The translations under genes and the position numbers were made by a program. The notes beneath the pieces were generated by a model, which saw only the letters and a program-made list of their open reading frames with translations, searched no databases and was not told where the DNA came from. A stretch of DNA of 62,105 nucleotides, filler included, from Asterionella formosa (Eukaryota): the NCBI GenBank assembly GCA_002256025.1. It is 11 parts of 11 records of this genome, joined end to end, with 100 filler letters (N's around TTAATTAATTAA, not from the genome) between each part and the next. Parts side by side here need not be neighbours in the genome. Positions count along the whole stretch, not along the records: positions 22,662 to 28,211 come from NKIB01013015.1; positions 28,312 to 33,866 come from NKIB01013016.1; positions 33,967 to 39,520 come from NKIB01013017.1; 8 more parts are not named here. One strand, written 5' to 3'. Positions within the stretch are counted from its first letter, which is position 1. Every line of letters begins with the position of its first letter. This document shows positions 24,247-36,149 of the stretch, in pieces.

Positions 24247-24530
24247 TTTGCCTGTCCGGTTGCCAAGAAATTTGGTTGACCGTCTTGCGCCACCCAGCCT
24301 CGAACACATGTATACTCGCAGGCAAGCGACCACCTCGGGCGTGTATTGCCTTCAGCACCAAAGCACCATTGCAGATCATTATGGCCACTGAACATGATTC
24401 CATGTTATTTCAACCAGAAGATGATAGTGGATGGTCATGTGGACCATTTACAATTGTGAAAAAATTGGAGACTCTATTGCAACTAGAAAGGAATGGCAGA
24501 ACCAAATTTCTTGGCAACCGGACAGGCAAA
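24247..24530. mobile_element. MITE with perfect 31-bp terminal inverted repeats
   Basis: TTTGCCTGTCCGGTTGCCAAGAAATTTGGTT (24247-24277) and its exact reverse complement at 24500-24530. Confidence 0.75.
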
Positions 24531-25857
24531 TTAGTTAGCTATTGCAATGTCCGCAAAGAAATTGCAAAATTCAAATGATGACAAAGTCAGGATATGAAGA
24601 GGATAGAATGAAAATGAATTAATAATAATAAATTTAGCATCACTCCAATCATGCTGTGCTGGACAATACAGAGTCGTGAAATTATCACTCCACCATAGTA
24701 GTAAAAATGGAGGTATACCGCTAGATCCAGTACAGGCGCCACTACTAGTAGTATAGAGCAGCGTCAATGTTTTCCTAACATATATGATATGGTTTGTGTA
24801 TTGTAGAAGTCTCACACTAACTATATTTATTATGTAACTACTAGGTATGCATTGGAGTTGTCACTTTTTTGATGAGTGGTTTCCGACCAATGTCGACAAA
24901 ATCAGTAGAATGACGAATATCGTTCTCTGAAATTCCCTGCGTATCTGGATTGAAACCCAAAAAGTTTTGTCGCAATCGTAATTTTCCTTTCAGCACCAAA
25001 AATCAAAAGGCTTCTGTACTTGCATTGATCAGCAAACCAACAAAACGTGATTGCAATTCATACTGTGCCCGAAGACTTAGTTGAAATTTGGCTTGGTCAC
25101 ACCAGATTTGTCTCCTATTAAAAATGGTTCTCCATGGCTTGTCCTGCCTTTAAAATATACTGGAGCAAGAACATCACGCCAGAATTGGTATCCTTGGCTT
25201 CCCCTGTCAATGTCCTTTGACTGCCCAAAACGATAAAGCGTGAACGCCCACCTAATAAAGTCATCAATATCCATAGTCTGGAAGTTATATTCCGTTAGAC
25301 CAGCTGGTGTGTCATGAATTATGTCAGCAATTTTAAATTCAAGCATATTTGATAAGAATATAATCACCGACTCAAAAAATCATGCTTTCAGAGCAACTCC
25401 CGCCCTGCAAGAACTTGCTTACCTAAGATTCCTTTAAATTGATTATTCAATACATTCTGACATTATCTCAACTTTTTAATGCACATACCACCAAATGTTG
25501 ATTTGATGTAATCTAAAGATTCATCGGAAGTAGTGCATTAGAACCATTCCATATGAAATCGGCAAGCTCTGGGTCACTCTCCACTTCTTTGCCTAACTCC
25601 GGTTTCACTGTGTTTAGCCGAGTCAGGCAACATTAGGCAAACCAATCCTGTTTGTGATTGGAAATGCCTTTCATACTACTTGGACCAGATAGGCAGGGCG
25701 GGATGTTTGATTCTCTTTTGGGACCAGAAAGAAGCACATTAGATTGATATTCTTTTTTAAAGTACCTGCAATTCGCGAACTATAACCTCAAACTTACATG
25801 TTAACAGAAAACTTCTTGGTCTTGAAAGCAAATAAAACTCACAACCTTTGTGACTGT

Positions 25858-26100
25858 TGCTTGCTTACTACTCCGAATATCCTTTTTCAATTTTATGATC
25901 ATTCAATCCGAAAAATATGATGACTTAATGTCCCGCTGCAGTAGCAGCACTCATGAACATATGGTGCTCTGTTGCTCGCTTACTACTCCGACTATCCTTT
26001 TTCAATTTTATTATCATACGATCCTAAAACTATGATGATTTACTGTCCCACTGCAGTAGCAACAGTCATGAACATATGATGTTCTGTTACTCGCTTACTA
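25858..26100 (+). repeat. Diverged tandem duplication, period about 115 bp
   Basis: TACTACTCCGA.TATCCTTTTTCAATTTTAT ... CTGCAGTAGCA.CA.TCATGAACATATG occurs twice. Confidence 0.7.
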
Positions 26101-27585
26101 CCTGGTACCCCCAGTACATCACTTCCTACCTGCTACTGGCACTCTATATATATATATATGATAAAATGTTATTTTCGTATGATGTACTGGTACACATGAA
26201 GAACTCCCGCCAAAAAAGGGGCTTAAATAATTTGCTACCAAAATCCTCGCGTATAAATAATGATACAAATGGGTTATGACTTAGTACACCAATTGAATGG
26301 TCTGAATAATTAGTTCCAACGGACGTAGAAAATATTGATGCAAACGAGTTTCAAAAAAACAGTACCGGTACACGAAGTCGTGGAAAACAATGGACATATA
26401 GTGCATTGAATCTTTTCGAATTATCTATATGCAAATATAATCATCTCAGCAATATTAGATGTTCCATATTGAGAGTGCCTTTGATTTTTATAAGTGTACG
26501 ACACTTCATATATTTATATATTTACAAATTTTATAACTATATACATGGCAAATATATTTGAAATCGTTCTGTCATGTTAACAAACAATGCCTGCTTCATG
26601 AAAAGAAATATCGGAGTAAAGCACATCACAAGAAAGGAAAAGTTTACGCAATAACGAAAAACATTGTGGCTTCGACACATTGCGCCTTCAAAGGATGGAG
26701 TATGTTTAAGGTAATGAAGCCATCAATGTGGTACTTGGATGAAAATCATTGGGAGGCAGGACAACAACAAATGCACATTTCCTTTTTTCTCAGTTGAATC
26801 AACAGCTCGTTTCGCTTGTTGGGGAGCACCAATGTAAAACAAGACAAAATTGGTAAGTGCTCTTGTCATTGGACTTATTCACTTCTGATGGAACATAACT
26901 GACTGACACGCCACGACATTCACCTTGTTCTCTCAAAGTTAAGCTAACGAAAATGAATTGGCAAGTTTTATTCGGTAACATTGGAAAGCAACCTGAAACT
27001 TACTTATTCAAGAATTTACTGACAATTTACTATTACAGACTTATACATCACTTGCTTTGATTTGGCTGTGGTAAGTGAAGCAAGCAAGAGGATAAAACCA
27101 CGATGGAATGGCGTGATGTTGTGTCAGTGTAACATGTCTAGCTAACAAGTCGTTCCTTCTCATTGTTACTGTAACTGCATAGGACAATAAAACCGATCAA
27201 AAAATAGAATAGTCGGCGAGTTCAGAATGACATTAACAGCAGGGAGAGAGACGCAAAAGTAAAAAGGCATTGCTTTTTTTGGCACAAGATTCAGAAAAGA
27301 GGAAGAAAAGGGCGAGACAGGAACAATATACATTGAGCCGAGTAGAGAGAGAAACATTGGGTTGCTGGCATGTAGAATAATAGATAGTATTGCTAAATTT
27401 GATAGTTAAATTACGATCCATTTCAATCTATTTTGAACAATGCTTGTGATTAGAATCATGATCATGTTGACGATAGATTAACGATGAAACAATTTAAATG
27501 ATAGCATAGAGTTGAGCTGATTTTAGGATGCATTGTATTAATAATTTACATCGGGCAATCACGAAAATAGAAAATAATATGAGAA

Positions 27586-27802
27586 GGTTTATGATGTTGA
27601 TGAGTTGATATACATTGTGTGATGATAATGTTCTTATTATCATTATACTTCAAGGTCGGAAAAATATTAATAAATCATCATAGTTATAGGATACCTTGAT
27701 CATAGTTTTGAACCAAAAATTATCATATATACGAAAATCCTGTGCCACTTAGCGTACGATACCCTTGATCCTATATGCATGGTCCTTTTTTATTTGCAGA
27801 CA
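27586..27802 (+). repeat. Dispersed repeat homologous to 11337-11568
   Basis: Direct alignment by eye over about 220 bp. Confidence 0.8.
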
Positions 27803-27879
27803 TTAATTTGAGTGCTTGTTGTATTCTGTATTTCCGCAGTGAGCAGAAGGTTATAGTTGAGAGGCCCCCATCCTCGTTC

Positions 27880-28211
27880 TGAGACTGCTTTTCTGTTCGT
27901 TCTTTCATATGCAAAGCAGCAATAGCAAACGGCAAATCATGTTCAGTCTTTTGGTAAGTAGGTCTCGCTTTGCAACTGTCAGTTCCATTTTGAAACTTCC
28001 ATTCTGCTCCGACGAATCTCTGACTTGCCAGTAGGAGGTTCCATAAGGGACACCTATACACACACTCCATGGGGTCAAAGGGCCGTTGATATATTCGAGA
28101 AAGGAGCAATCGAATCTGGAGCCATGTCCATCTAGGATGAGGAAAGGGTTTATTCCATCACTGCGGTCAAACAATTCCAAAGTATCCATTTGGGCCAACA
28201 TTCTCACCAAC
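27880..28211 (-). mobile_element. pogo-like DDE_1 transposase fragment (same family as 11569 and 53993)
   Basis: PFLILDGHGSRFD..FLEYIN..WSVCIGVPYGTSYWQV.DSSEQNGSFKM. Confidence 0.8.
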
Positions 28212-28438
28212 NNNNNNNNNNNNNNNNNNNNNNNNNNNNNNNNNNNNNNNNNNNNTTAATTAATTAANNNNNNNNNNNNNNNNNNNNNNNNNNNNNNNNN
28301 NNNNNNNNNNNAAGGCAAGGAGGCAGGGCCCTCCTCGTATCGCAAACAAAATGTATTTTACAACAACCACATACTGGTGCTACAAATTTCAATCTCAATT
28401 TCAAGACTTCCTCTTCTGTCGTTTCCAAATCAACGGCA

Positions 28439-30838
28439 ATGGCGTACGAAGGTCATCCATTGGCCACAGACTCTTCTGGTAGACGAAGGGACGAACATGA
28501 AAGCCTCTCTGAAGCTGCAAGGCTCTCATTGATCAATCCCTTTGACACTCGACCGCAAAATCCGATACTGAATCGCGATGCAAATATAACGGCTAACGCC
28601 TGTCCCGCCAGCTCCGCTGAAGGTTTAAATCCTCTTGGCCTCCGCCAGCGACCACAACAACAACAGTTTCTTGAAATGGAGGAGGTTGCTTCTAACGACG
28701 GCCTGTTCACTCCTGCGATTCGGCCACATGGAGAAGAGGACCTTTTGGAACCGATCAGAACAACTTCCGGTCTGCTATTAACACACCGGCAAACAGCAGC
28801 CACACCTCGAATCCGACCAACCGTGGTCCAGCAAGACAACGACGACAAGAAGCGCGATGCGTCCATGAAAATGAACGCATCACTGGAAACAGAGTGGGGA
28901 TATGCGTCGTCACGAGATAGCTATAATCACAGGGATCCCACTTCTGTCATGCTTCAAAATGCCGGACGTGTGCTTTCGTTCGCTCGGGTATACATTGTTA
29001 TTTTCGCCTCACTGTTGGTTATAGGGACCTTATCTATCATTCATTCTAGCACCCATGAAATCAATAGCTCCTTAAGTCCCAAGATTGCTCTGTTGAGGGA
29101 AAAGCCACCAGAAGCCAGCCTTTCTCATCCTGACGCTATTGTCGAAGCTGACGAGGCACCAATGAAAATTATTCTTATTCCAATCCAAGATGTTTTGCAG
29201 TTAGAAAATACGAAGCAGCAAGAAGAACAACCCATGGCTACCCTAAGTCACCATGAAACTCACCCCGATAGTACAGTCGATGGAGTTAGACGAGTGCTGA
29301 AGTCCTTGCGGGAAGAGTTTGAAGAATGGATCGAGGAGCATGAGAAGGCGTATGGATCCCATGAAGAAAAGGAGTCGCGCTTTCACGTATGGTCTCAAAA
29401 TCACCATCAAACTATACAAAAGAATAAACGACACGGCCCCTGTAAACTTACCAAGCTACCCGTGTTTGGTTCCAACGCCTTTAAAGATTTGACTCCCGAA
29501 GAATTTCAGTCGAATTATTTGACTGGATACAAGGGGCCCAAGACAGACGAGCTAGAAATACCAATGCAGCAACTCAATGCCTTTGGAAAAAATGGTAAAC
29601 GCCCGAAAACTTTTACGACAACTCCAGGTTCTGGAATGGTATTGGATGCCGAGAACCGTGGAGACTTTCGGACTGCTGCCGAGCGACATCCCGATGTTCA
29701 GAAAAGGTTATTGGAGCACTTGAACGCCAGCGAAATGGGCAAGAAATACATTGAGCATTGGGACCACCCTAATCGCAATCAATCGAATTACTCATATTTG
29801 TTCACTGATGCCGTCATGGAAGCCACTCTTGCTCTCCAAGAGCGAGCTTACAAGAGTAAATTACAGGAATTTTATGATAATTCAGTATGCACTTGGTACG
29901 ACGTTTCTTGTTGGCTACGCTGGGTTGTTGACAATTATGGGGATTTCACCGGTTATTTGAATTTCTCAAGAGAACCAGCCTATGACTCTAATTCATATCC
30001 TACTGCGGTGGACTGGCGCACTGTAGGCGCTGTGACAAGCGTGCATTCACAAGGGAACTGTGGTGCTTGTTGGGCCATTACTGCTGTAGAGACGGTTGAG
30101 TCAGCCTTTTACCTTTCCACCGGTAAATTGTACGACCTGTCGGAGACTGAAATTATTGCCTGTGATGACAGTTGTGAGATGTGCAACGGGGGATGGCCAC
30201 AAAATGCATACGAATATGTCATGAAGCAGAAGGGTATACCTTTAGAAAATGACCTCCAGTACAACGGTAATTTTCTGCTGGCGTTGACAATGGTCGCCAG
30301 TGGCGAAAGCGAGGAACTAAGTCAGGAATATCTTGAAAATTACCTTTCGTCGACATGCCCCAGTGGAAGCAATAATAAAAATGGTAAATCACGATATGGC
30401 AACATTAAGGGTTACGGTTACGCAACCGACCGATGCGTGTGCTACTCGGATGGTTCTGGTTGCAACTGTAACGATCAAAATGAGGAGCTTGCGATTGCAA
30501 ATTTGGCAACTTACGGACCAGCTACGGTCTGTCTCGAAGCCTCATTGTGGCAAGATTATTCCAGTGGTATCATCACGTCAGCCTCAGGTTGTAGTGCCGG
30601 CTTTATGGACATGAATCATTGTGTTCAAGCCGTTGGATACGCCTTTGTGAATGTGGATGACAACGAGAATAGTGACAATGGACACGACGACAAGAAGAAA
30701 GGAAGTACACACCGGGAAGGATATTGGATCATTCGAAACCAATGGTCCTCGAGTTGGGGCATGAAAGGCTACGCGTATGTTGCAATGGGCGAGAATACTT
30801 GCGGTGTTTTGAACGATATGACTGTTGCCTATATGTAG
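28439..30838 (+). CDS. Papain-family (C1A) cysteine protease with an I29-like propeptide and an N-terminal membrane anchor
   Basis: QGNCGACWA (catalytic Cys), MNHCVQAVGY (His), WIIRNQW (Asn) and CNGGWP. I29-like FEEW..H.K.Y..EK..RF..N.F.DLT.EEF. Hydrophobic VYIVIFASLLVIGTLSII near residue 185-200. Confidence 0.92.
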   Translation: MAYEGHPLATDSSGRRRDEHESLSEAARLSLINPFDTRPQNPILNRDANITANACPASSAEGLNPLGLRQRPQQQQFLEMEEVASNDGLFTPAIRPHGEEDLLEPIRTTSGLLLTHRQTAATPRIRPTVVQQDNDDKKRDASMKMNASLETEWGYASSRDSYNHRDPTSVMLQNAGRVLSFARVYIVIFASLLVIGTLSIIHSSTHEINSSLSPKIALLREKPPEASLSHPDAIVEADEAPMKIILIPIQDVLQLENTKQQEEQPMATLSHHETHPDSTVDGVRRVLKSLREEFEEWIEEHEKAYGSHEEKESRFHVWSQNHHQTIQKNKRHGPCKLTKLPVFGSNAFKDLTPEEFQSNYLTGYKGPKTDELEIPMQQLNAFGKNGKRPKTFTTTPGSGMVLDAENRGDFRTAAERHPDVQKRLLEHLNASEMGKKYIEHWDHPNRNQSNYSYLFTDAVMEATLALQERAYKSKLQEFYDNSVCTWYDVSCWLRWVVDNYGDFTGYLNFSREPAYDSNSYPTAVDWRTVGAVTSVHSQGNCGACWAITAVETVESAFYLSTGKLYDLSETEIIACDDSCEMCNGGWPQNAYEYVMKQKGIPLENDLQYNGNFLLALTMVASGESEELSQEYLENYLSSTCPSGSNNKNGKSRYGNIKGYGYATDRCVCYSDGSGCNCNDQNEELAIANLATYGPATVCLEASLWQDYSSGIITSASGCSAGFMDMNHCVQAVGYAFVNVDDNENSDNGHDDKKKGSTHREGYWIIRNQWSSSWGMKGYAYVAMGENTCGVLNDMTVAYM

Positions 30839-31522
30839 TTTTCGAAACGACAAGAACAAATTAAAGTAAATTTTCCGATTAGGGCCTTTGCCTTTTTATT
30901 TAGAGATTTCTTATTCTACCTTTGCAGCGGCAATTCGATTTTCAAAGGCTGAAATTATTTCAACCAAGTTTTGATGCTGCCACATATCCGATCTTCGACT
31001 GATTTATGCACCATGTCGCCCCTCACGTTGCATAGTCGCAATATAACTTAACTAGCAGTCAGTATTGACTTCCGCGAATCTATTTTGCTGTTCAACAAAT
31101 TTGCAACCCCTACTTTTTTGGCCTTTCTCAATTTCGTGTTAGCAGATGACGATAACCGAAGCCAATTGCCTGCATCAATTTTCTTCTGCATGCGTGCGTG
31201 CGTGAAAAATCCATACCATCAAAGAAATGTCGATGGTGTGTTACCCCCATTCTTCCATACTATGAAAAAAGTCCCTCGAATTCAAGAGTCCGGGCACATT
31301 CATTGCGAGCTCATATTTTCATTTTGCAATATATTTTACCGTCACGTTCCGAATTTCGATTCAGTTTGTCGCGATTTTCACTCTTGACTAGACAAAGCTT
31401 AAATTGCCTAAAACAATTACAATTTCAGTCTCCTATTTTACTCGCTTTCGAGAGATATTGTTAACAGATCTTCTATAATATGGACCAAAGTCATATCCCT
31501 CGCATCACATAAGAGTATCAAT

Positions 31523-32197
31523 TTAGTAATTCATCCAAGCAGAATTCTTTTCTCCATTCATTGCGGCCCAGAGATAATTTGCAATTTCAAACTTGGAAAG
31601 AGTCTTGGGGTCAATTGAGAATCGACAATACCCTTGATGGGATGGAATTGCCATCTGACCGGCCAACACAGTGTCTTGTTCATAGTCCCATCGAATGCCA
31701 GTTGTTGTTGCAAACAATGAAATTTGCTCCTTTAATTTCGGAACATGTTGCATCCGCTCGGCTTCAACAAGGTCAATTTGTTCCATCTCTTGCCTACAGA
31801 CTTGTTGGGCTTCATAGATGGAATCCTTGGTTTCAGATGACTCTGCTGCCAAGTCTTGTATTTCTTGTTCCAAGTCGTCATGGTTAGCATGCAGAGATTG
31901 CAATTCCATTTGAAGTCGGTAAATATCAGCCAATTCAAGCTGACAGGCCGAACTCTCTTTAGCGATGGACTCGGATAGCATGGATTTAATCTCATGAGCC
32001 TTGCTCAAGAGAGCATCGTTTTCTGACGTTAAATCAAAGGGTTCAATGGACCTGACAAGTTCGTCCAGAATTGTGCAAGTGCGCAGGTTCTTGAGATTCT
32101 GTTTTGTTTCGTCCCACATGATGGGATTGGAGGAAACAGCGACTACCGTACGACTAGCGTAGTGTTCCGTGGGTCCTTTGCGCTTCATGGCCGTCAT
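31523..32197 (-). CDS. SPC24: Kinetochore protein Spc24 (NDC80 complex)
   Basis: Long coiled coil, then ISLFATTTGIRWDY...F.ID...SKFEIANYLW. First in-frame ATG is at 32197. Confidence 0.7.
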   Translation of the reverse strand: MTAMKRKGPTEHYASRTVVAVSSNPIMWDETKQNLKNLRTCTILDELVRSIEPFDLTSENDALLSKAHEIKSMLSESIAKESSACQLELADIYRLQMELQSLHANHDDLEQEIQDLAAESSETKDSIYEAQQVCRQEMEQIDLVEAERMQHVPKLKEQISLFATTTGIRWDYEQDTVLAGQMAIPSHQGYCRFSIDPKTLSKFEIANYLWAAMNGEKNSAWMNY

Positions 32198-32900
32198 TAT
32201 GCTGACCGAATTATCGATGTCTGTATCGATTTGGTTTCGTTCTTGACGTTTTGATTTTGTTATGTATTGCAAACGAAATCACACGTCGTCATGCATTGCG
32301 CATAGAATGTAAGCAAAATGTGAGAGAAACGACAAAAAAATTGTGGAATAATAAATAACGGCCATTTTCAATCATCGGTCAGTCACGAGTTGGCCGATTT
32401 CCTTGACTTGATGATGACTGGCAGTATGATTTCTGATGGATGATTTTTGCGATTGCTCACATGATTCTACCATCAGACTTATATATACCGGTAGCTTCGT
32501 TATAGCTATCTCGTGTCGTTACATCGTGTCTCCTCCTAATTATTGATGGAGATGATTTATGCCATGATCCTCATGAGACCATCATTCGAATAATGAGCGA
32601 TCATGAATTCTTCACATCGTAACAACTGGTGATCTGAGACGCGAAGAAACAGTGTCTCACCATTTCGATACTAGTCCAATGGTAATGGTACCAGGGAGTC
32701 TGCTGGATTAATTCACTCCCCATCAAACACCGGGGACACACAGGGCAATAAAGTTTTCTGTGTGTTTAAAATATACTAGATTTTTGACTAAGTCTTGCCA
32801 CGAAGATTGAAAGGGAGGGAGTACATTTTAGAACTGCAAATGGTTGACCCTTCTTATTTACCATAGGTTACCGGTACTTGTGCTCTACCTATAACGGTAG

Positions 32901-33866
32901 TTAGGAATTTTCGATCACAACACGTCCCTGCTCATCGAATACCATGTGTTTAAGTGGTGCAAAAGTTCTTCGATGTATTGGAGATGCTCCATATTGTTTG
33001 ACCAAAGCCATGTGTGCAGCAGTGGGATATCCCTTGTGTTGACCCAACTTATAGACTGGATACATGACATCATACCCTCGCATCAACCGATCCCGAGTGA
33101 CCTTGGCCAAAATGGATGCAGCCGCAATGAGATATTCTTTAGAGTCACCCTTGACAATACATTCTGCATCACAAGGCATGTTTGTTTTGGGAATTTGATT
33201 ACCATCAATCAAGGCAATACATTGCTGGGGATCTACAATGTGTTGCTGATGTTGTTCCAATGGCATTCCAGAAGCATCTGATTGTCCGCGTACAACATAA
33301 CATCCTTGAATGGTACATGAGGCTTGCGATGGATATGGTTCGGAAGACTGATTGGGGTATAGCAGTATGGCTTGAGTTGCCATTGTCATGGCCAACAAAG
33401 AGGCTTGTAATATGTTGATCTCGTCAATTGTTAATGCATCGACTACTGCCACGGCCCATTTCACATTGGGACTAGCAATGATCTGCTCATAGAGCTCTTC
33501 TCGTTGTTCTTCTTTCGTGAGTTTTTTTGAATCGACTATGCCAGCAATATCTGTAGGAACCATGGCAGCGGCAGCCACAACAGGACCTGCCAAGGGACCT
33601 CGTCCAGCTTCATCGATTCCTATAACATACAGGTACTTTTTTTGAGCCAGCAATTGATTTTGTCTCGTTCGTGGCAATGCGTTAGCGGTTGTTGTATGCT
33701 TTCGACTGCTTCTTGACTTGCTGTTGCTCTTATTTTGCGCCTCGTCAGGCGACGACAATAACGGCGTCTGCAGGGCTTGGAGTCGAAGACTTCGCCGCGG
33801 TACATTGACCACCACCATCATGCCGATGACTGGACAGAGCCAATGCCGCCCGTAAGGTCTGGTGAT
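32901..33866 (-). CDS. rnhB: Ribonuclease HII, bacterial/organellar type; possibly 5'-partial
   Basis: GIDEAGRGPLAGPVVAAA, DSKKL, LIDGN, KGDSK..IAAASILAKVTRD, HKGYPT and HRRTF. The frame stays open to the contig end. Confidence 0.92.
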   Translation of the reverse strand: MTRPYGRHWLCPVIGMMVVVNVPRRSLRLQALQTPLLSSPDEAQNKSNSKSRSSRKHTTTANALPRTRQNQLLAQKKYLYVIGIDEAGRGPLAGPVVAAAAMVPTDIAGIVDSKKLTKEEQREELYEQIIASPNVKWAVAVVDALTIDEINILQASLLAMTMATQAILLYPNQSSEPYPSQASCTIQGCYVVRGQSDASGMPLEQHQQHIVDPQQCIALIDGNQIPKTNMPCDAECIVKGDSKEYLIAAASILAKVTRDRLMRGYDVMYPVYKLGQHKGYPTAAHMALVKQYGASPIHRRTFAPLKHMVFDEQGRVVIENS

Positions 33867-35844
33867 NNNNNNNNNNNNNNNNNNNNNNNNNNNNNNNNNN
33901 NNNNNNNNNNTTAATTAATTAANNNNNNNNNNNNNNNNNNNNNNNNNNNNNNNNNNNNNNNNNNNNTTGCTTCGCCTGAGAACAAAACCACGTTCGTTTG
34001 TTTCGAACTGTGCCTGTGCTCGGTACTTGTACGAATCCGAACCAATCTGCAGAATAAGGTAAGTTCGTGGTGATGTGGCAAGAATGTACGTAACCGATTA
34101 TTTGTATCAAAGAAAGACAGGAACAGATTAAAGGTGCCTACTGGTGAAAATACTGTCCTACTATGCAAAGGCACCAACCAGGTAGTCGGTTTTTAGAAAT
34201 CCTGCATATAGCTGTACAAGCATACCGTTGCAATCTACGCACTCTTGGGAATACGACGAAACAAAAAATTAAACTTGAGATAGCCATCGCAAATGGGGCT
34301 TACAAGTTGATTCTGTAAGGACCAATCAGCAGCCGTCAATCAACGGTAATGACGATTGGAGGCATATATATGACTCTCGAAAATATAGCTGTACATCTGT
34401 CCATACATGCAAAAACACATTATAACGGGGGCATAATGAACTTCACACCTCTTTTTGCAGCTGTTCTTGATACACCTGAAACCTATGGCGGTTGGTGCAT
34501 TCATGTACAAATTGATTGCGTTTCTCAATGTGCCTAGATGTCAAATTTCCCTAGCACCGTCTCAGAACAACAACGGACAAATAATATATAATCTAAGACA
34601 TTTCCCAGTTTTGTTCGATCTATTTTGTTCGTTTGGATTCGATGAAACGAGTTGTGTTCAACGACATTTTGTCCTACAGTCGAGCAGTCATTACCGGAAC
34701 TTCTATCGGCTTCTTGGGTGTTTTTGAGAACTTCATCGGACACAAGGATTGAGTCCCTGTTGCTGCCATGCCCATAACAAGTTGCTTTCGTACTTACTAC
34801 CCATTGCCCATGTAGCAGGACAAAGAACTGTGGAATTAGTACTATGGTACCAGGTACCTGGTACCTGGTACCAGGTATCTGGTTCCGGTACCAGGTACCG
34901 GTGGAATCTGCAAGTTGCGGTAATTTTGCTTTAATAAAAATTATCATCTGCCATCGGGTACCAAAGGCTGTAGGAATTTCACTTTCCTCTGATCTCTCTA
35001 CTGCATTGGCAATCCAAACTTCTCCTCTTGTCTCAACTCCTAATCTACCATTGGATTCATCATTTCATCAAGTATTGCTCATTTGTTTATTGCCAAAGCC
35101 TGTCATCACTCGTCCTATTTTACGCAATGACACCTCAGAACAGTCGAGGATCCCAGCACTGTCAAGACCTTGCTCCCTTTCAGCAATAATATGCTTCCAT
35201 CACTGTTTTCACCCTATTGTTTTGATTACCAGCAAATCAAATAAGCTGTGATGTGAACAAACTTCCAGAGTTCCTTTAGCTATCAATTCATTATGACAGC
35301 AGCCTTTCATTCCTCTGATTATTGATCTCTTATCAATTTTTTCTACCATTGCTTGAGCCTTCCGTTCGCTCTATTTTTCAATCTCTCTCTCTCTCTTTCT
35401 CTTTCTTCCAATGCATACAACACATCACATATCTATTCAAGTTTTTCTCAAGCCCTACTTTAAAGCTCTTTTGACAACTTATGTTGTCGGTTCTATCCTC
35501 ACTCATTACTTCCTGTTCAATCAATTTATTCACCATACTCTAAGAGCCACATGGGCTCCTTTCCTGACACAAAACTATTACTGTTACAAACAATTTCTCC
35601 TCCACTCTCTAAGATCCACATGGACTCCTTGCCTGAATCCAATGTCCTACATCTATATTCCTGGCCCTCTTGGCCACAGTGCAACCCAACGAACTCCACT
35701 ATAGTCGAGGCTCTATGACGCGTCCTTACAATTTTTCTTAGCAACCATGTAAACCGGTATTATGTTTAAGGAACATGGTGATTGGTACATGACCTGTAAC
35801 CTGGTACCTGGTACCAGGTGTATACCAGGGGCAACTCACCACGA

Positions 35845-36000
35845 AGTACTAGGCGATAGAATACGAAAATGATCACGTGACTACGACATACAGCTGTGCA
35901 AATGATGCTTTTGCTTTGGCTGTTACTTTCACTCCAGCATATAATAGGCGATAGAATACGAAATGATCATGTGACTACGACAAAAACCTGTGCAAATACT
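35845..36000 (-). repeat. Dispersed repeat homologous to 13632-13812
   Basis: Two copies of AGGCGATAGAATACGAAA(A)TGATCA.GTGACTACGACA. Confidence 0.75.
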
Positions 36001-36149
36001 TTACCAGGAGGTACCTCCTGCACCATCCACCTGCTGATATAAAGGGTTGTACATCAACTGGTACATACATAGGAGCATCATTGGAAACACTGCAGCTTTG
36101 GTTTCATTACCATAAGTTTCAGATTTTAAAAACACAGGGGGAGAGGAAG

